From: Harriotta raleighana
Taxonomy: Eukaryota
Reading direction: 5' to 3'
DNA length: 64,000 bases
Assembly (NCBI GenBank): GCA_050575255.1
Contig: JBNZDD010013603.1
Span: 110,460-174,459, forward strand
The notes under the pieces were generated by a model, which was not told the DNA's origin, searched no databases, and was given only the letters and a program-made list of their open reading frames with translations. The position numbers and the translations under genes are program-made. Below are positions 10,388-25,300 of this stretch, one piece after another. Within the stretch, counting starts at the first letter, position 1. The number at the start of each line of letters is the position of its first letter.

Positions 10388-13300
10388 CTGTGTAAAAATA
10401 TACAAGTTCAAGATTAAACCAATGCACGGTTTCTTCTTTTATCCATTATACTTACTTGTCATAAATGGCTTTTGTGAGAAAACCACCACACATGAAGGCA
10501 GAGACTAAAATCCATTGTTTGCTACATTATTTAAAATTAGATGATCAACTGACTTCAACAATCAAGTCAGGGGAGCGGGAAATGTAAGATTCCCACTCAA
10601 ATTGAGATTCAGTGCCCCCTGCTGGAAAGTGCAGGTACTTCTGCAGTAATTGCAGAACTTGTTTTGAATAAAAACATGTTAAGTCTTTGCAAAAGGTTTA
10701 TTTTAATTAATAGCAAAATTACTAAACAGATTTTCAGGCTAGGATTTACTACCCCCATTTTGCAAAATGGCAATGATGATTTTAAAGCTTTTTTTTTTGG
10801 GGGGGGGGGGGGAGGGGGGGAGGGATGTACACTCTGTTTAAAATGAGATAATATACATCCTCCGCATCCCCTCCCTCCCTCCCATCCCCTCCCCTCACCA
10901 ATATTACANTTTCCTGAAGAGTATCCAAACCAAAACAGTTCCAAGCATCTCACCTGTACATCAAAAGATATTTATTGGAATGGAATGTACACTCTGGAGG
11001 GACACATCCATCTTACCCAATTCCACAAAGTATTAAGTTCGGGTTGGCAAAATGCAATGGTTGGGCACCCGATAATGGAGGTTAGGCACGAACCAGCTCA
11101 AAGCCAGTTCAGCTCCAGCACTTCCATGTATTTCACTAGTTCCAATATTTCAACTTTTAAGAGACAAGTTGCTCAGATCAGAGGGCAAGATCTACATTTG
11201 ACTTGATCTATATTTTATACATTCCCTTCCCATCCAGCCATCTACAAGACTCACTTGGTAAAGCAGAGGCCATTTCTGCACTGAACAATGAGGGTTTCAT
11301 GGTCATCTTTAGACTGTGGCCGAGCTGTAATCAACTCCAACGTTTTTGGTCGAGAGCAGAACTCACGGCTGGCAGGTTCAATCTGGTCATTGGTACAGTT
11401 GGTCAGATTAATTAAACCTACAGGCACCTGAGCAAAATAGAGGATTAGGATAACAGAACTGCAGCAAACATCTATATACAATATAACTCATTAATTATGT
11501 ATCAAATATCATTGCAATAACTTGTAACACACACACACACACAAGTTCTGTAGCTCAGTGGTTAGAGCACTCGCCTTGCAAGCGAGAGACCTGGGAAGTT
11601 TCCTTACTCCACATGCCTGATAATTCCTCAAGAAAAAAAATTAAAATAACTTGGTCATTTCAATCCATGACTGTTTGTAGGACACTTCTGTGTGTAATTG
11701 GCTGCCCTGTTTCACCCACAAATAATCAATTCAATTTAGAGTATATTGTTTGAGACATCTAGAAGATATGAAAAGTGCTATATGAAATGCAAAGATTATT
11801 ATTCAAGCTCCCACCCAAATTTTTAAAATAAAAATCCTTTGGCCAACAGTTTAAAAGAAGCCATACCATCAAGACCTCTGCAGTCAAACAGCTTGTAACC
11901 TTGTTGACTATATGACTATTATCATTGCACTGGATCAAATGGCAACTCCCACCTCACAAATAAAATTAAGTCAATTGCACCTTTAACTTCTCTTCATCTG
12001 GATACATCCAATAGGAAAGATTGTTCCCAGACAGGACAAACCAACGACGATGCCAGGCACCATATCCACTGACATCTTCAAACATAGTCTGTGAAAAAAT
12101 AGGCAATCAGAGCAAAGATAGGATCAAAGTAACAGTTCTACAAATATAACTGACACACAACATTTTACTTTATCATACAGCATTAAATTGGGATCACTAG
12201 ATACAGAGCTTCCTATCTAGGATGGGTGCATTTTTAATCAGTGGTAGTGAATATGTACTTTATTGATGAAGTAATCACTAAATAATTCAAGTCAATTACC
12301 AGAAATCCAGAGTGCTCCACAGTGGAATGCATCCGACACTCGAGTTTCAAGTAGATATTGCCTTCCAGAGGAGATAAGAATGGAACCTGAAGCAAGGTCA
12401 GTCAAAAAACAATGCAGCAGTGATTGTGGAGATCATTTATCCCTTCACATCAGTCCACAGTGAAGCTTGTTACCGATATTTGAAACACTCAATAAAGCAA
12501 TTCATCCTGGTTATATTTACTTTCTGAAGACTGAGTGAAGGAAAGTGGGATTGACCTTGTAACACAGCCCAATATTGAATTTGTGCTGCGTAGATATCAA
12601 GACAAAAACCTAAATGAAGAGCATTTAACATTCAGATGAATCTACTGTGCAGCAATAACTGGCAATTTATTGGCAGAACATATACTCCAATAATGCCGGT
12701 GATCTATTACTTTGCTAGATTATTACTTCTACAGCACAAGCATTAAGCTGCTGCAAGTTTCCTGGAAACTAAAGATAAAAGCCATGCAAGAAAACCAAGC
12801 TAGCTGTACACAAGCTACTACACTGCACAATAAAAGCAGTAGTTTGGACTAGAGAATAGTTTATTGGATAATACAATCAACGGATCATATACCACAGCAG
12901 CAGATTGCAAGTGATAGCCATGGAATTAAACAGTTGAATAGGTCTCTCTGCAGCATAGCATTCACTAGGCAGCCATTCCATTGCAGTCCATGAAATGACA
13001 ATTAGGAAATAAAGATTAAGGGAACAATCGGCATCTGATCATATTCCATGGAGGCATATCAGCAACAAAATACTTCTAGTCCCAAACTAGGCAGGAAAAC
13101 TTCAGTTAGTTATACACATTGGTATTAGTTACTATAGTAACCTTGTCCTGAAACTCATCTCCAAGTAGTTGCCTGACTTTTCCATCAAACTTCATCTACA
13201 GTGAAACAAAACAGGTATAGTTAATTGTAACATTTACAATATAAACTTCTATCTTTAGAATGGTCTTCCTGTATTGTGATCAGGAGCCGTGCTAACCAGA

Positions 13301-16300
13301 TGTAGAAGATGCAGATATAGAACTACAGCCAGCATGTAGCTCTCTGCTCACACATCTTAGTGACAGGATTTCCTATACAGCCTGTGCGATCGTAAAAAAG
13401 AGTAACATCCTGCAAATGGGCATTTCCACAGGGAAAACACAATACAAAATTACATTTGTATAGCACCTTTCACACCTGCAAGGAGCTGCAATTGGACTCA
13501 GCAAATCCATTACTAGAAGTCATATTTGGATACAAATTTGGATACAAATTCTCTTGAAGGCACACACCATACAAGCTATCATTTTGCATAAATCCAGCGA
13601 CATTGGACATCCTCCCAGTGTGAAAGGCACAAAACAAATGTAATTTTGTTGTTGTTGTTGGGATACATTTCTCCCAGTACTGATTCAAAGTACCAAAGTA
13701 CAAGAAATTCAGCCCTCAGTGTTAAAGGCTCAGGTTCAATGGATAGGATGCTTGTTCTGCAACTTTCTAACCTGATGAAAAATAAAAAGTCTTACTTTAT
13801 CCAGAGGAAATTTCTTCTTGGCCAAAGAGGCTAGAGTGATTTTGTGCGATCCAACCAGGACAAATTTACTAGCTCGTACAGAATTCCCAACAGCAGGACT
13901 TATAGCTGGAATACAAGATTGTGAGGAGAGGGCGGGGAAGAGAACAATTATATAGGGAACAGCCAATAATAATAATCCTTGCATTTGATATAGCGCTTTT
14001 TACATCTTCTAGACAGCCCAAAGCATTTCACAGAATATACTATACTGTAAAGTGAATTGACTGTATATTTGTGGGCGAAACGCAGCAGCCAATTGCGCAC
14101 AGCAGTGTCCCACAAACAGACATTTGTTGACCAATTTTATTATTATGTATTTTTTGGAGGGATTATTAGGTGTGTGGAGTAAGGAAACTTGCTCAATGTT
14201 TCGCCCTGACCTGCCTGGATTCGAACCCAGGTCTCCCGCATGTAAGGTAAGTGTTCTAACCACTGAGCTCCAGAACTCCACAATATTTATATTGCTGAAA
14301 GCATTTAAACATTCAAATGCATCTACCTTTGTAACCATGCTAAAGTAGGATATTTCCCTTTGTAAGCATATGCCACAGTAAAACATAGAACACAAAATTA
14401 CAACTGGCCTCAGTAAAGGTAATGTGAAGGTTGCCCCACCTCCCAATTCAGTTAGCGCAAACTTAACAGGAAATGATGATCTTCACACATTTCCAGTATT
14501 AATCGCCCTGGTTCACAAGCAAACTGCTCTAAAATCTACCCTACATACCTCAGTCACATTTTATATCACCCTAGCTTCTAATCTTGTTAAGGCATACAGC
14601 TTTAAATATAGCAAACTTAGCAAGTGATGCAAGAATTTACCTGGTGAATGTACACTGGATCTCTGAAAGAAAAAATAGAATATCAACAACTCACTTCAAG
14701 CAATAATATTCTGAACAAAAAGATTTTGAAGATGCAACTGTAATGTTAGGCAGTGATTCACAACCATCTTGGTTAACATATACCCAACAATTCATTGCAC
14801 ATTATTTCTGGACATAGCAACAGGAGCAGACCACTGAATTTGCTCTGCCATTTTATTAGATCACATCAGCTCACAATTTTTTGAATCTCATTTCTTCGCA
14901 TCTCCATATCTTAATTCCTCTTACTTCCCAAGATGATAATAATTCCTGCATTTAATATAGCGCCTCATCACGGTGAAATGTCTCAATGCACTTCACAGGG
15001 TAGTCTGTATATTTTGTAGGCAAAACATACAATGTTCCGCAAACCGCCATGGACTGAGTGGTTAATTTTAGTCATCTTCCTTTTGAACCCGTCCACTGAC
15101 TCTGCATATATGCTTTGCGGGGTCGTGCAATTAACATTCACCCAACCGTTTGTGTGAAGAAAGGTAAACTTTTCCTATATTTGCTTTTATCTGGATTAGC
15201 TCCAATTTTATTATTATATAGCGTGAGGGTTTCTGTACTCCCACCATCTCAATCTTGGAATATTTGAGCGAAACCCTGTGTGATACTCCTGACTGTAGTA
15301 ACATGAAACATCAGTGAGCTTGTACTCACAGTAATTGAGGTAAGCAGCTTCTTTGGGGTAATTGCCTGTGTAACAACAAATTAAAAAAACACATTCACTT
15401 ATAAGTTTCACTTTTGATAGCAAACCAAACAGGAAATACAAATTAAAAAAACACATTCACTTATAAGTTTCACTTTTGATAGCAAACCAAACAGGAAATA
15501 TACAAACTATCATGACTTAGAAATACAGAACTTTCACCAGGACTTCCTGACATATTAAATGCAAGTTTGTTTCTTGAGCAGTGAAACTATTAAAAAGATA
15601 CACAAATACAATACATGGGAGTTAGTTGTAGCAATGAAAACCTCACTTAATGGAATGATATTTAAACACTTCAGACCTATATGGACATTTTGTAGCCTCC
15701 ATATACGCGACAATCCTTGCATTTAATATACAGTAAAACCTTGTTTATCCGGCACCCATGGTACCTGACCAGTGGCGGTTAAACGGATTTCTGGTTGAAC
15801 AGGGTTTTTAAAAAATGCTTTTTCAAAAAAAAGTAATTAAAAATTATTTTAAACACATATCATATTAATAATAGACTAAATAATAACAGATTATTGTATT
15901 AGTACTTTATTATTTATAAATAACTTCGCAACAGCAGCACTCATCCGAATCAGGTAAAAAAACAACACGATTTTTAAAAGGAGCAGGAGCAAGTTTAGAT
16001 CCGACTAGCGGCCAGCACACACATATAGACACACACAGACCCTCAAAGATATTCAGTCTGAATCCATCATATTAATTCTGTCCACAACCCTCAACCCCCC
16101 GCTCCCTTTCTCTCTCCCTCCCCCTTGCGCGCGCGCTCTCTCTGCATCAATCTGCCCTGCATCACTCTCTTGCTCCATTATGCTTTCTCCCATCTCTCCA
16201 TCCCCCCCCTCCACCTCTCTCCCTCCCCTTCTCTCTCCCTTTCCTCCATCTCTCCATTCCTCCACCCTCTCTCCACGTTTCCTCCATCTCTCCATTCCAC

Positions 16301-19300
16301 CCCCACCCCAATCCCTCTCTCTCTCTGGCTGCTACCTGCAGCAATATTAGTACTTTATTATTTATNTCCCTCTCTCTCTCTGGCCGCTACCTGCAGCAAT
16401 ATTAGTACTTTATTATTTATACTTAACTTCGCAACAGTAGTACTCATCCAAAGGTGGTAAAAAAAATGTGACTTTTCAAAGGAGCAGAAACGAGTTTAGA
16501 CCCGACATTAAACGTGTCATCACTATTCGCCAGATAACTTCTGGTTAATCGAATTGGGACTTTTTTTTTTTTGAGATGGCGGTTAAACGGGTTTTCCGGT
16601 TATTCGAGTCACGGATAAACAAGGTTTTACTGTAGCAGTTTTCACTTCTTCTAAACATCTCAAAGCACTTCACAGAATATACTGTAAAGCAAATTGACTG
16701 TATATGTGGATGAAATGTGGCAGCCAATTGCGCACAGTGGTGTCCCACAAACAGGCGTGGATTAAAATAATAATTTTCTTGGGAAGGGAGTATTATCAGA
16801 CGTGTGGAGTAAGGGAACTTGGCCAAGGTTTCGCCCTGACCTGTCTGGAATTGAACCCAGGGTCTTGCTTGTAAGGTGAGTGCTCTAACCACTGAGCTAC
16901 AGGATTCCCAAGTTTGGGTCAATGCATGCAAGGAGCAAATGCATTACTGAATAATACTTGCATTTCTATTTTCTATTGGTGATGGACACTAGAAGTTTGA
17001 TAGACATAATGACAATCAGGAGTTTCCTTGACAACCCTTTCATGCTCCAAATTAGTTTCAGTAAAAAAAACTAATGTATTCTACAGATCCACTGAGTGCA
17101 GGGCTTGTGTATTTTGAATTTCACTTCTCAATCTAACAGTAGATAAGGAAAATATAGGAGTTAAGGGCAGAATCCATGATCGAGTCAACTAGGATTTTCT
17201 CCTGTGGATTAGCATGTTGATGATACCTGCCTAGTCAGTTACAGAGCTTTGTATAAGCAAATCAGAACAGAGTTGGCTCAAACATGGACAGCAGCAAGTC
17301 TGGTATCTGGTCCTAACAACAAGCTACTGAAATGGGAAACTGGCCCAAGTGAAACTTGTGCTGAAAAAAAAATCCTTATTTTGTGTACAAAAAAATTCGA
17401 ATTGACAAGAGAAAAGCTTTAAACTGATATTTACACATTATAAAATCATAGGATGACCCCTAATCCCCTAGTTGACTATTTGAAAATACCTTTCTCTGAT
17501 TCCAACTTACAAATCCCTAAATCTTAGTGTAACTCTACCTTAGATCTCGAGCCCGATCGTGATCCTCTTCTTTTTTCAGAGATGGTTACATTCATTGTGT
17601 GAGTCTATGGGAGAGAGGTAGATTCAATAACTCCAAACAATACTTATGCAATATGAGCAATATGAATCCGAAGAAACAAAGGAAGAAAGAGAGCCAAAGA
17701 CCCATTTTCTCACCAAGCTGTACACCTCCACCTCGATTTCAAATGCATGGTGGATATCAGACCTGGAACAGGAAAGTTTAGTATTATTTGGGTTAAAGAA
17801 ATTTGACATCACTGGACAATTCAAGGGATGTTTGAGATCAATGAAATAAGAGTTCTAGACATTTAGTTTGCAGACGTCCATGAAATGGATATGCACAGTT
17901 AAACTGCAAAACAAACACTGGGGGTAAAAAGAACAAGGAGTTCCCTCTCCGCTGTCTCTGTCGAGTATTGATCCAAAGCTCCACCATTACTGCTGGATCC
18001 CAGACTTAAAGCAACAATACAAACCTGATTGCTATGGCCACAAGAGTCAAGCCAATCAAGAAGCATCCTTCAGTTATACTGTACATCCCTGTCTCTTTCT
18101 CTCTCCTTCACCAGTTGATGAAGCAGCAAACAGGTGGGAGGAGTGGAAAATTTCATAGCAAGGAAGGTTCCGAAACACTCACCTGGACATTTAGTTTCAG
18201 ATCATCTTTGCCATTAGGTCAAGCTGAATTTTTAAAATATATTAAATGCAGCATTTAACTCACCTGGCTCCCTAACCCCCCAAATATCTATTTTAAGATC
18301 ATTACTTTTAAATGCTTCCAAAGCCTTTGGCCACCCATCCCTTAGACGATAGTCATATGCCCACTTCCTCTACTCCCCCAACTCTTGCCTACTCCATCAC
18401 CACTGTAAGATGAGCCTTTAATCACTTTGTAGCTGAATCTGGCTCCAAAGTGCCATGTGTAACAACAGAATGTTGGAATTGAGTCAATTGTTCCTCGTGG
18501 TCTCGGTATTCTGGTTCCTGGGCAAGTCAGGTTCTGTATATTATTGATAACATTGCTAGCCAGTCCAGCTCACCAACAAGACTTGTGAAGGGCAGACCAG
18601 TCACTGGGGCCACAGGTTCGCACAGCTCCAGTTAGCACTGCAAGCAAAAGCTCTAAGGGCTAAATAGTGTGGGAGACAAGGAGTGTGGGAGACAGTTCTC
18701 TCATCTCTGAAATTCTGAAGTCCTTCCATTTTGACTGAATCAGTTTATGTAACAAGAATATTTTGCATTCAATACAAAAATTATGATAAACTCAATCCAG
18801 TTAAGATCACTTTTTACATTTCTATTGGAATATCTGGCTGAAAAAATTCAGACACCATTCCGAAAAAGCTTCACTGCAGTACTCTGAGATTTGTGCTGAG
18901 AGAACACTTGAAATGAAAACTCACAGTGCGATGGTTGTCGGGAATGCAATCGTGTCACCATTTTGGGCATTCTCCGCTGTTGCTAGTGGGGAAGCCACAA
19001 TATTGTGTGGTCCGTATCGGATCATCAGTAGGAAATAGTGACTGGGTTTTCCTGAAAGAGTTTTCAAAATCAGCACTGAAATTACCAGTAGACAGACACA
19101 AACTAAACTACCATGTAGCTGCTATAGAAACTTGCTCATTGGATCAAGATTCAAGTTGAGTTAATCGTAATTGAACTGGTTTCATGGCTTTCTTTTGTAC
19201 CAAAGAGCTTTTGAATAACTCGTTGTAGACTTCATACTCTCTCTAATCAAAATTGGTTCTCATTCAAAGGTCATCCATATCTTCAAATGCCCACTTCACT

Positions 19301-22300
19301 CTTCAATCCTACTCCTCCAGTCCCTCCCTCCACTTTATCATCTCTGGACTATTCCATGCACCATCAGAATCAGAAGTCACAGCATTGCAGACAGCCGTTC
19401 AGCCCATTGAGCCAAATGCTCCACTGAAGCTTATAATATCAATACCAAGCTCTCTTCCCCTTGTATCATTTTATGTTATTCCTGCTAAAACGTTTAGCCG
19501 TACCTTGCTTTGATAGTGCTGAACACACAAACTCTGCTTTCAGTGGAAGACGGAGGTCAGAGATGGACACAGTGCCCCGACATGGTGCAAGTCCCTCTCC
19601 TGGTCGGCCGGTCCTCTCTCCACACACTGAACTGCTTTCTCCTTTCAACCGGTTCAACTCAGCCAGCAAAGAGGCACGCTTCTCAGCTTCCAACCAGAAA
19701 ACAATGAAATATCATTTAATCAAACTTGGATACATAGAATGTACAGCACAAAAGCACAGCAATTCAGCCCAAATAGTTTGTGCTGGTGTTTACACTCCAC
19801 ACAAGTGCCCACCCACTCCTTACTCCCTCCTATACCTTCTGTTACTCAATCGAAGAACTTGAATGTGAATTTTAAATTGTTGGCTCAAGTTGGCAAAACT
19901 AAAAAAATTCAACGAATAATGCTAGGCATCCCTCAACAAATTGTATTTCTATAATGCCTTCACATCAGAGGTTTACAGCCAAATTGTGGGTTAGATTTGG
20001 CAGTCAAAGAGTAAGGTCTTGAGATGGACCACGAAGGAGGTGAGGGAAGAAGCAAGGTGAAGGGACTTCCAGAGAATGGGTAGCTAGTTGGTAACCACAT
20101 CTCACTGATCGCATTCCATTAAATTAACACTGCATCAAGTGACCAGCTGTACCATTACAAAATAGATGAACAACAACAACAACAAGATTGCATTTATAGA
20201 GCGCGTTTCACGTCAGGAGTACGTCCCAAGGCGCTGGACAGTTGGTTTAGGACCCGAGCAGGGGGAAATGTTCAGGGCGAGGGGAGGGGAGGGTGGGAGC
20301 GAGGGAGGGGTAGAGAGTCGAGAGGGGAGCTGAAGGTACGGTCGAAGAGAAAGGTCTTGAGACCGGCCTTGAAAGAGGAAAGGGAGGAAGCGAGGCGAAG
20401 GCACTGGGGGATGGAGTTCCAGAGCCTAGGAGCTGAGCGACTGAAAGCCCGGCCGCCGATGGCAGGACGGTTTGGGCAGGGGATGTGGAGCAGCCAACAA
20501 GGCACTTGTATGGATATTCAGCATTGTAGCAATAGATTTGCCATGATCTTTGTCCATGTCTTCTTTCCATGCTTCATTAACAGATTGGATTACCACAAGA
20601 ATGAACTACTTGGCCACCTCAGCACGCAGTATCTCTACTCAGCATTCTGTAGTTTCCCCCAATGACCTTAATATTACTCACAAGCAATAAGAAGGTGACG
20701 CTCAGCCTCGGCCTCCTCCTGCGAGCCTTTCCCATGTTCCTGATCGATGCAACAGTTCAGTGCTTGGCTGGCTTGATGCATGATGCTGTGCATCTTATTA
20801 ATCTCATCATTAAACATCTTGAGGGGATAACCAGGGAGACAATAATAATAACGACCCTCACATTTGATACAGCGCTTTTCACATCTTCTAACCGCCTCAA
20901 AGCGCTTCACAGAACATACTGGAAAGTAAATTGACTGTACACTTGTGGCCGAAACATGGCAGCCAATTGCGCATAGCAGTGTCCCGCAAATAGTCGTGGA
21001 TTGAAGCGACCAATATATCATTATTTTCTGCAGGATTATTATTAGTCATGTAGAGTAAGAAACTTGCCCAAGGTTTCACCCTGCCAGGAATTGAACCAAG
21101 TTATCTTGCTTGCAAGGCAAATAAATGCTCTAACCACTGAGCTACAGGACTCAGACATTGTCCACAATTCAATACCTTTCCTTTAAAGCCCCTGCAGAGG
21201 AACAAGCTTTGACACTTACTTTTATTTTGTCTTTAGCGGCCAATTGCTGTGCTGCCTGGTGAGCTCTTCCTGTTCGGTCCTGATTGCTTTGGTTTCTTTC
21301 TCTTAGTTTTGTACTTGCCCATTGCCGACTGTTTCGCCGCTGGGTTCTGTACACATCGACACTGGAAACAAAGTGCAGAGATATTACTTTTTGTTGTATG
21401 AACAAAATACATTGAAATGCACAGCCATATGATCAAATATGGCAGGACTGCTGTGGTAAGAAATATAATACTTATCACATCGTCAAAGAGTTTCAAAGCA
21501 CTTCACAGAATATACTGTAAAGTGTAGGGACTATTTTGTGGGCGAACAATAGATACAAGACAATACATATATTTATATCACACCATTTTGGAGAAACCAC
21601 CTTAATTCGTACGGCGATAATTCTCTCCCCTTTTTGGAGTTCTGTCGGTATCAAACCTATCACAATGCTCAAGAGTATCCAAACCAGAGTTTAATGGTAG
21701 AGCTATTCTGTTTTGCTCTTCAGCACTTCAGCAATGTGTACTTAGGTCTCAAAGGGCTTGGCCAGCCTGTACCTAAATACTGTCCCGGTTTAGTTGAGGA
21801 TATATCCCTCCATTTAAATACACAGGAATTTCCATGTGTTGCTGGAACTCTCATTGGGTTTGGATACTCTTAAACATGTTAATCGGTGGTTTTTTGCAGA
21901 AAAAGTTAGGACGAACAATAGATAGGGCTCCGCCACACACATCGCCTAGACAGAGTTGATTAAAAATGCAATGATTTGGAGGTTTCAAAGTCTCATAAAA
22001 CTGCAATAATTCATATGGTTCGGCCTCTGTGTGAATAAACCTTTCCACAACGGATTCCTGGAGTCAGCCTGATACAATACAAAATTACATCTGCATGGAG
22101 CCTTTCATGTCAGGAGGACGTCCCAACGGACTGGACAGTCAGGGAATTTGACCGGAGCAGGTGGTCGGGAACGAAAGGTGAAAGGGGTCTCAGAGCTTGG
22201 GACAGGAGAGGACACAAACTGCAGAGTTCTGGATAATCTGCAATTTGTGGAGGGGAGAGTTGGGAAGGCCAACAAGTAGAGAGTTGGCACAGTTGAATAT

Positions 22301-25300
22301 TCGTACAGATGTGATGAATGCTTGGATGAGAGTTTCAGAGGCCTGTGGTGCGAGGCAGTGGCAGAGCCGGGTGATGTTGCAGAGGTGGGGGAAAGCAGAG
22401 CAGATCATGGCACGGCTGTGGGGTAAAGACAATTGAGGTTAAATAACATGCCAAAGTTCTAGACTGGTTTGGTGACATGGGGTGTGTATCCCTGGATGGG
22501 ATGCTGTCAGCGCTTGAGGTGTGGAGGCACTGATGGGAGTCAATCAGGATGGCCTCGGATTTGTTGGTGTTGAACCATAGAAAGTTAGCTCTCATCCAGG
22601 ACTTGATATTTGACAGGCATTCTGTCAGGAAAGCAGTTGTCCTGGAGTCAAGGGTGAAGACAGATAAGACTTGGGGTGTCATTACACATAATGTAAATGT
22701 GTTGCTATATTAAACCAGTCTGTCCCTCTGTCACTCTTCAACTCAATCTCTCGAGAAAGCAATGATTCAAAGAGCCTCATTTTCATATACATATGGATAA
22801 GAGTGGAGGATTTGAGACTTCAGAGATTATCCCTTCTCTAGGACTGAAGATAAGCTAATTGAAAAAGATAAAATCATTCCTTAACAGCCAAACACCCAAC
22901 ATGATGCATTAATGAAGCTCTTCCATTACGAATCGAGGCTGGTCTCTTACCTGTAAAACGGTTCAATTTCCGAGATTGTTGGAGGAATGGAAGCTACTGC
23001 TTTCTTCTCCTCTTCAGGAGCACCCGATTTTAGCGATACAAAGAGTGAGCAGGGGGAGTCAGTTAGCTTGTTTAATGAGGACAGTACTTCACCCTATAAA
23101 TAAAAATAAAAACTTTAAAGACAAGCATCCCCAAAATTTGTGACGACTGTTACAGAATGTGAGGAATCCAATTAAAAGTCAAGTATCATTGATTGGGAAT
23201 TCAGGGTACAAAAGCAAACACAGACAAAACTCATCGTAATAATCGAATGGTTTAAGGACATAGAAGCTCATCCAAAGGGAAACAAAGGGTTGTGCCCAGA
23301 TTGGAAGGAGATGAACTTGGAACTCGAAAATGTGTTCTAGCTCAAATGAACACAGGATCAACAAAAAATACATCAACAAAATTACACTTGTATAGTATAG
23401 CGCCTTTCACATCAGGCAGAAGCCAACTAAATAAATTCATGGCCTGCTTGACTTGGTCCATTCAATTTTCTCCTTTCAGGAAATCCAGATGATACAGGAG
23501 GTTAAAAGTAGGAAGGAAATCTTCCTCAGTTTCAAACCTTCAATGCTTCAAAACGTCACCATAGGGGTGGTGTGGGAACCAAAGAAAACAAGCTCTGTGG
23601 AAGTGTCAGTCACACACTTCTCTAGGAGCTCCAGAGCTGCTCGGAAACTGGCTGGTAAAAAGGAGGATGCAAAGTCCATTCTATTTGTATGAACAGTTTA
23701 TAAATCATTTGGCCAATTGATATCTAACTATATATTATACATCACTTATATTTTAGGCATTATCAAATTACATCAGAACACAGTGCATATAGAACATACC
23801 TTAGTGCCAGAGATCTCAATTTTAAACATGTATGTTTATTTATAGTGTCAAAGTGGAGGTTCAGTCAACAAGAACTGATTACAAGTACTCACCAGAGGTG
23901 TTTCAGGGTCCATGTTGGCAGTGGAGACAAGTGGAGACAAAGATGTATGGGGAAGAGAAGGTCCATTTGCCTCCTCTGGATGTTTTGCCTCTAATTTCAG
24001 CTCCACCTTTTCATCCTCACTTTGTTCCACAGCCTTAGGCTTTAGTGAAACCAATTCTGCTCCCTCCTGATCCTCAGTCTTTGCTTCCTCCACTTTCATT
24101 GCTTTTTCTTTCTCAGCATTTCCTTCCTCCATTTTCATTACTTCCTCCTCAGCCCTTTTTTCCTCCACCTTTACTGCCTCTTCCTCCTCTTCTTCCTCCA
24201 TTGCTTTGAACACACCCTCGAATAGTTTATCGATGATTTCTGAGTTATTCAACGTTTCTTGTGAGCTGGACTCAATATCTGACATAGGAGCAACAATTAA
24301 TCAGCATTCTGGATATGCACACTTAATGACCAAAAGAATCCACTGATGTATCCCTTCCATTTTACTCTTGTCCCTTTTTAACCCAATAGCACATACTATG
24401 CTTAGTTTTACCATCAGTGGATAGAGCATATTCTTCTTGCATGAAACCAGGCAGTGGTTAACTGTACACCAAAACCACCTAGAAATTCCAGACTGATCTG
24501 GTCCACACATACCTAGCGACAGTTTTAATATAATATTTAGGGCCACAGATTCTAAATTGATTTCCCCTTCTAACACACAAAGGATCAGGCCAATTCCGCG
24601 CCCCCACCCCCCCACAAAAGCCCCAGCTAATCTCCAAACCAGCACGGGCCAGAATCAAACCCAGCAACTTCCTACCCTGTGTAACTCACGAGAAATGAAG
24701 CCTAGGGATGTACTGTGGTTAGCAAGGAGGTGGGGTAGATCCACAACAAGGGGATCGGATGCAGAGAAGCAGAGAAAAAGCCACAAAGGCGGTTAGTTAA
24801 TTATATTCAGGGACTGAAGCTCAACCCACCCTGCTCTTAAACACTGGAATTAATGTGCTGCTTTATTACATCCAAAGATCACATAACACTTCATCTTTTT
24901 GAAGACTCATGATTTATGCAGGCACGAAAGGTAGCTGATCTGCACTTCCCATAAATCTCTATAGTAGTGCTTCTTCCGTTCAAAAAAAAAAACACCTATT
25001 TGTATTTTGAACTATCTTATAAAGGACATGAGTTTCCATACCAGTCTCATTGATGTACTCATTCTCACTTTCAGTTTCTACATATTCGAGAGATGGAATG
25101 GTTGATGATTCTAACGCAAAAGTCACCTTTCTGACAGGAGTAGACCAAGTCAGAGGCTCCTCTCCTTTGAAATCATCTGAGTTCAGGAGAAAACAGGACA
25201 CTTAAAGGGCTGCCCATCACAAGCAACCAGACAGATCATTAGAAATCCATTAAGTTTTCTGCCTGACAATAAATGCAACACTGTAAAATATTAAACATAC

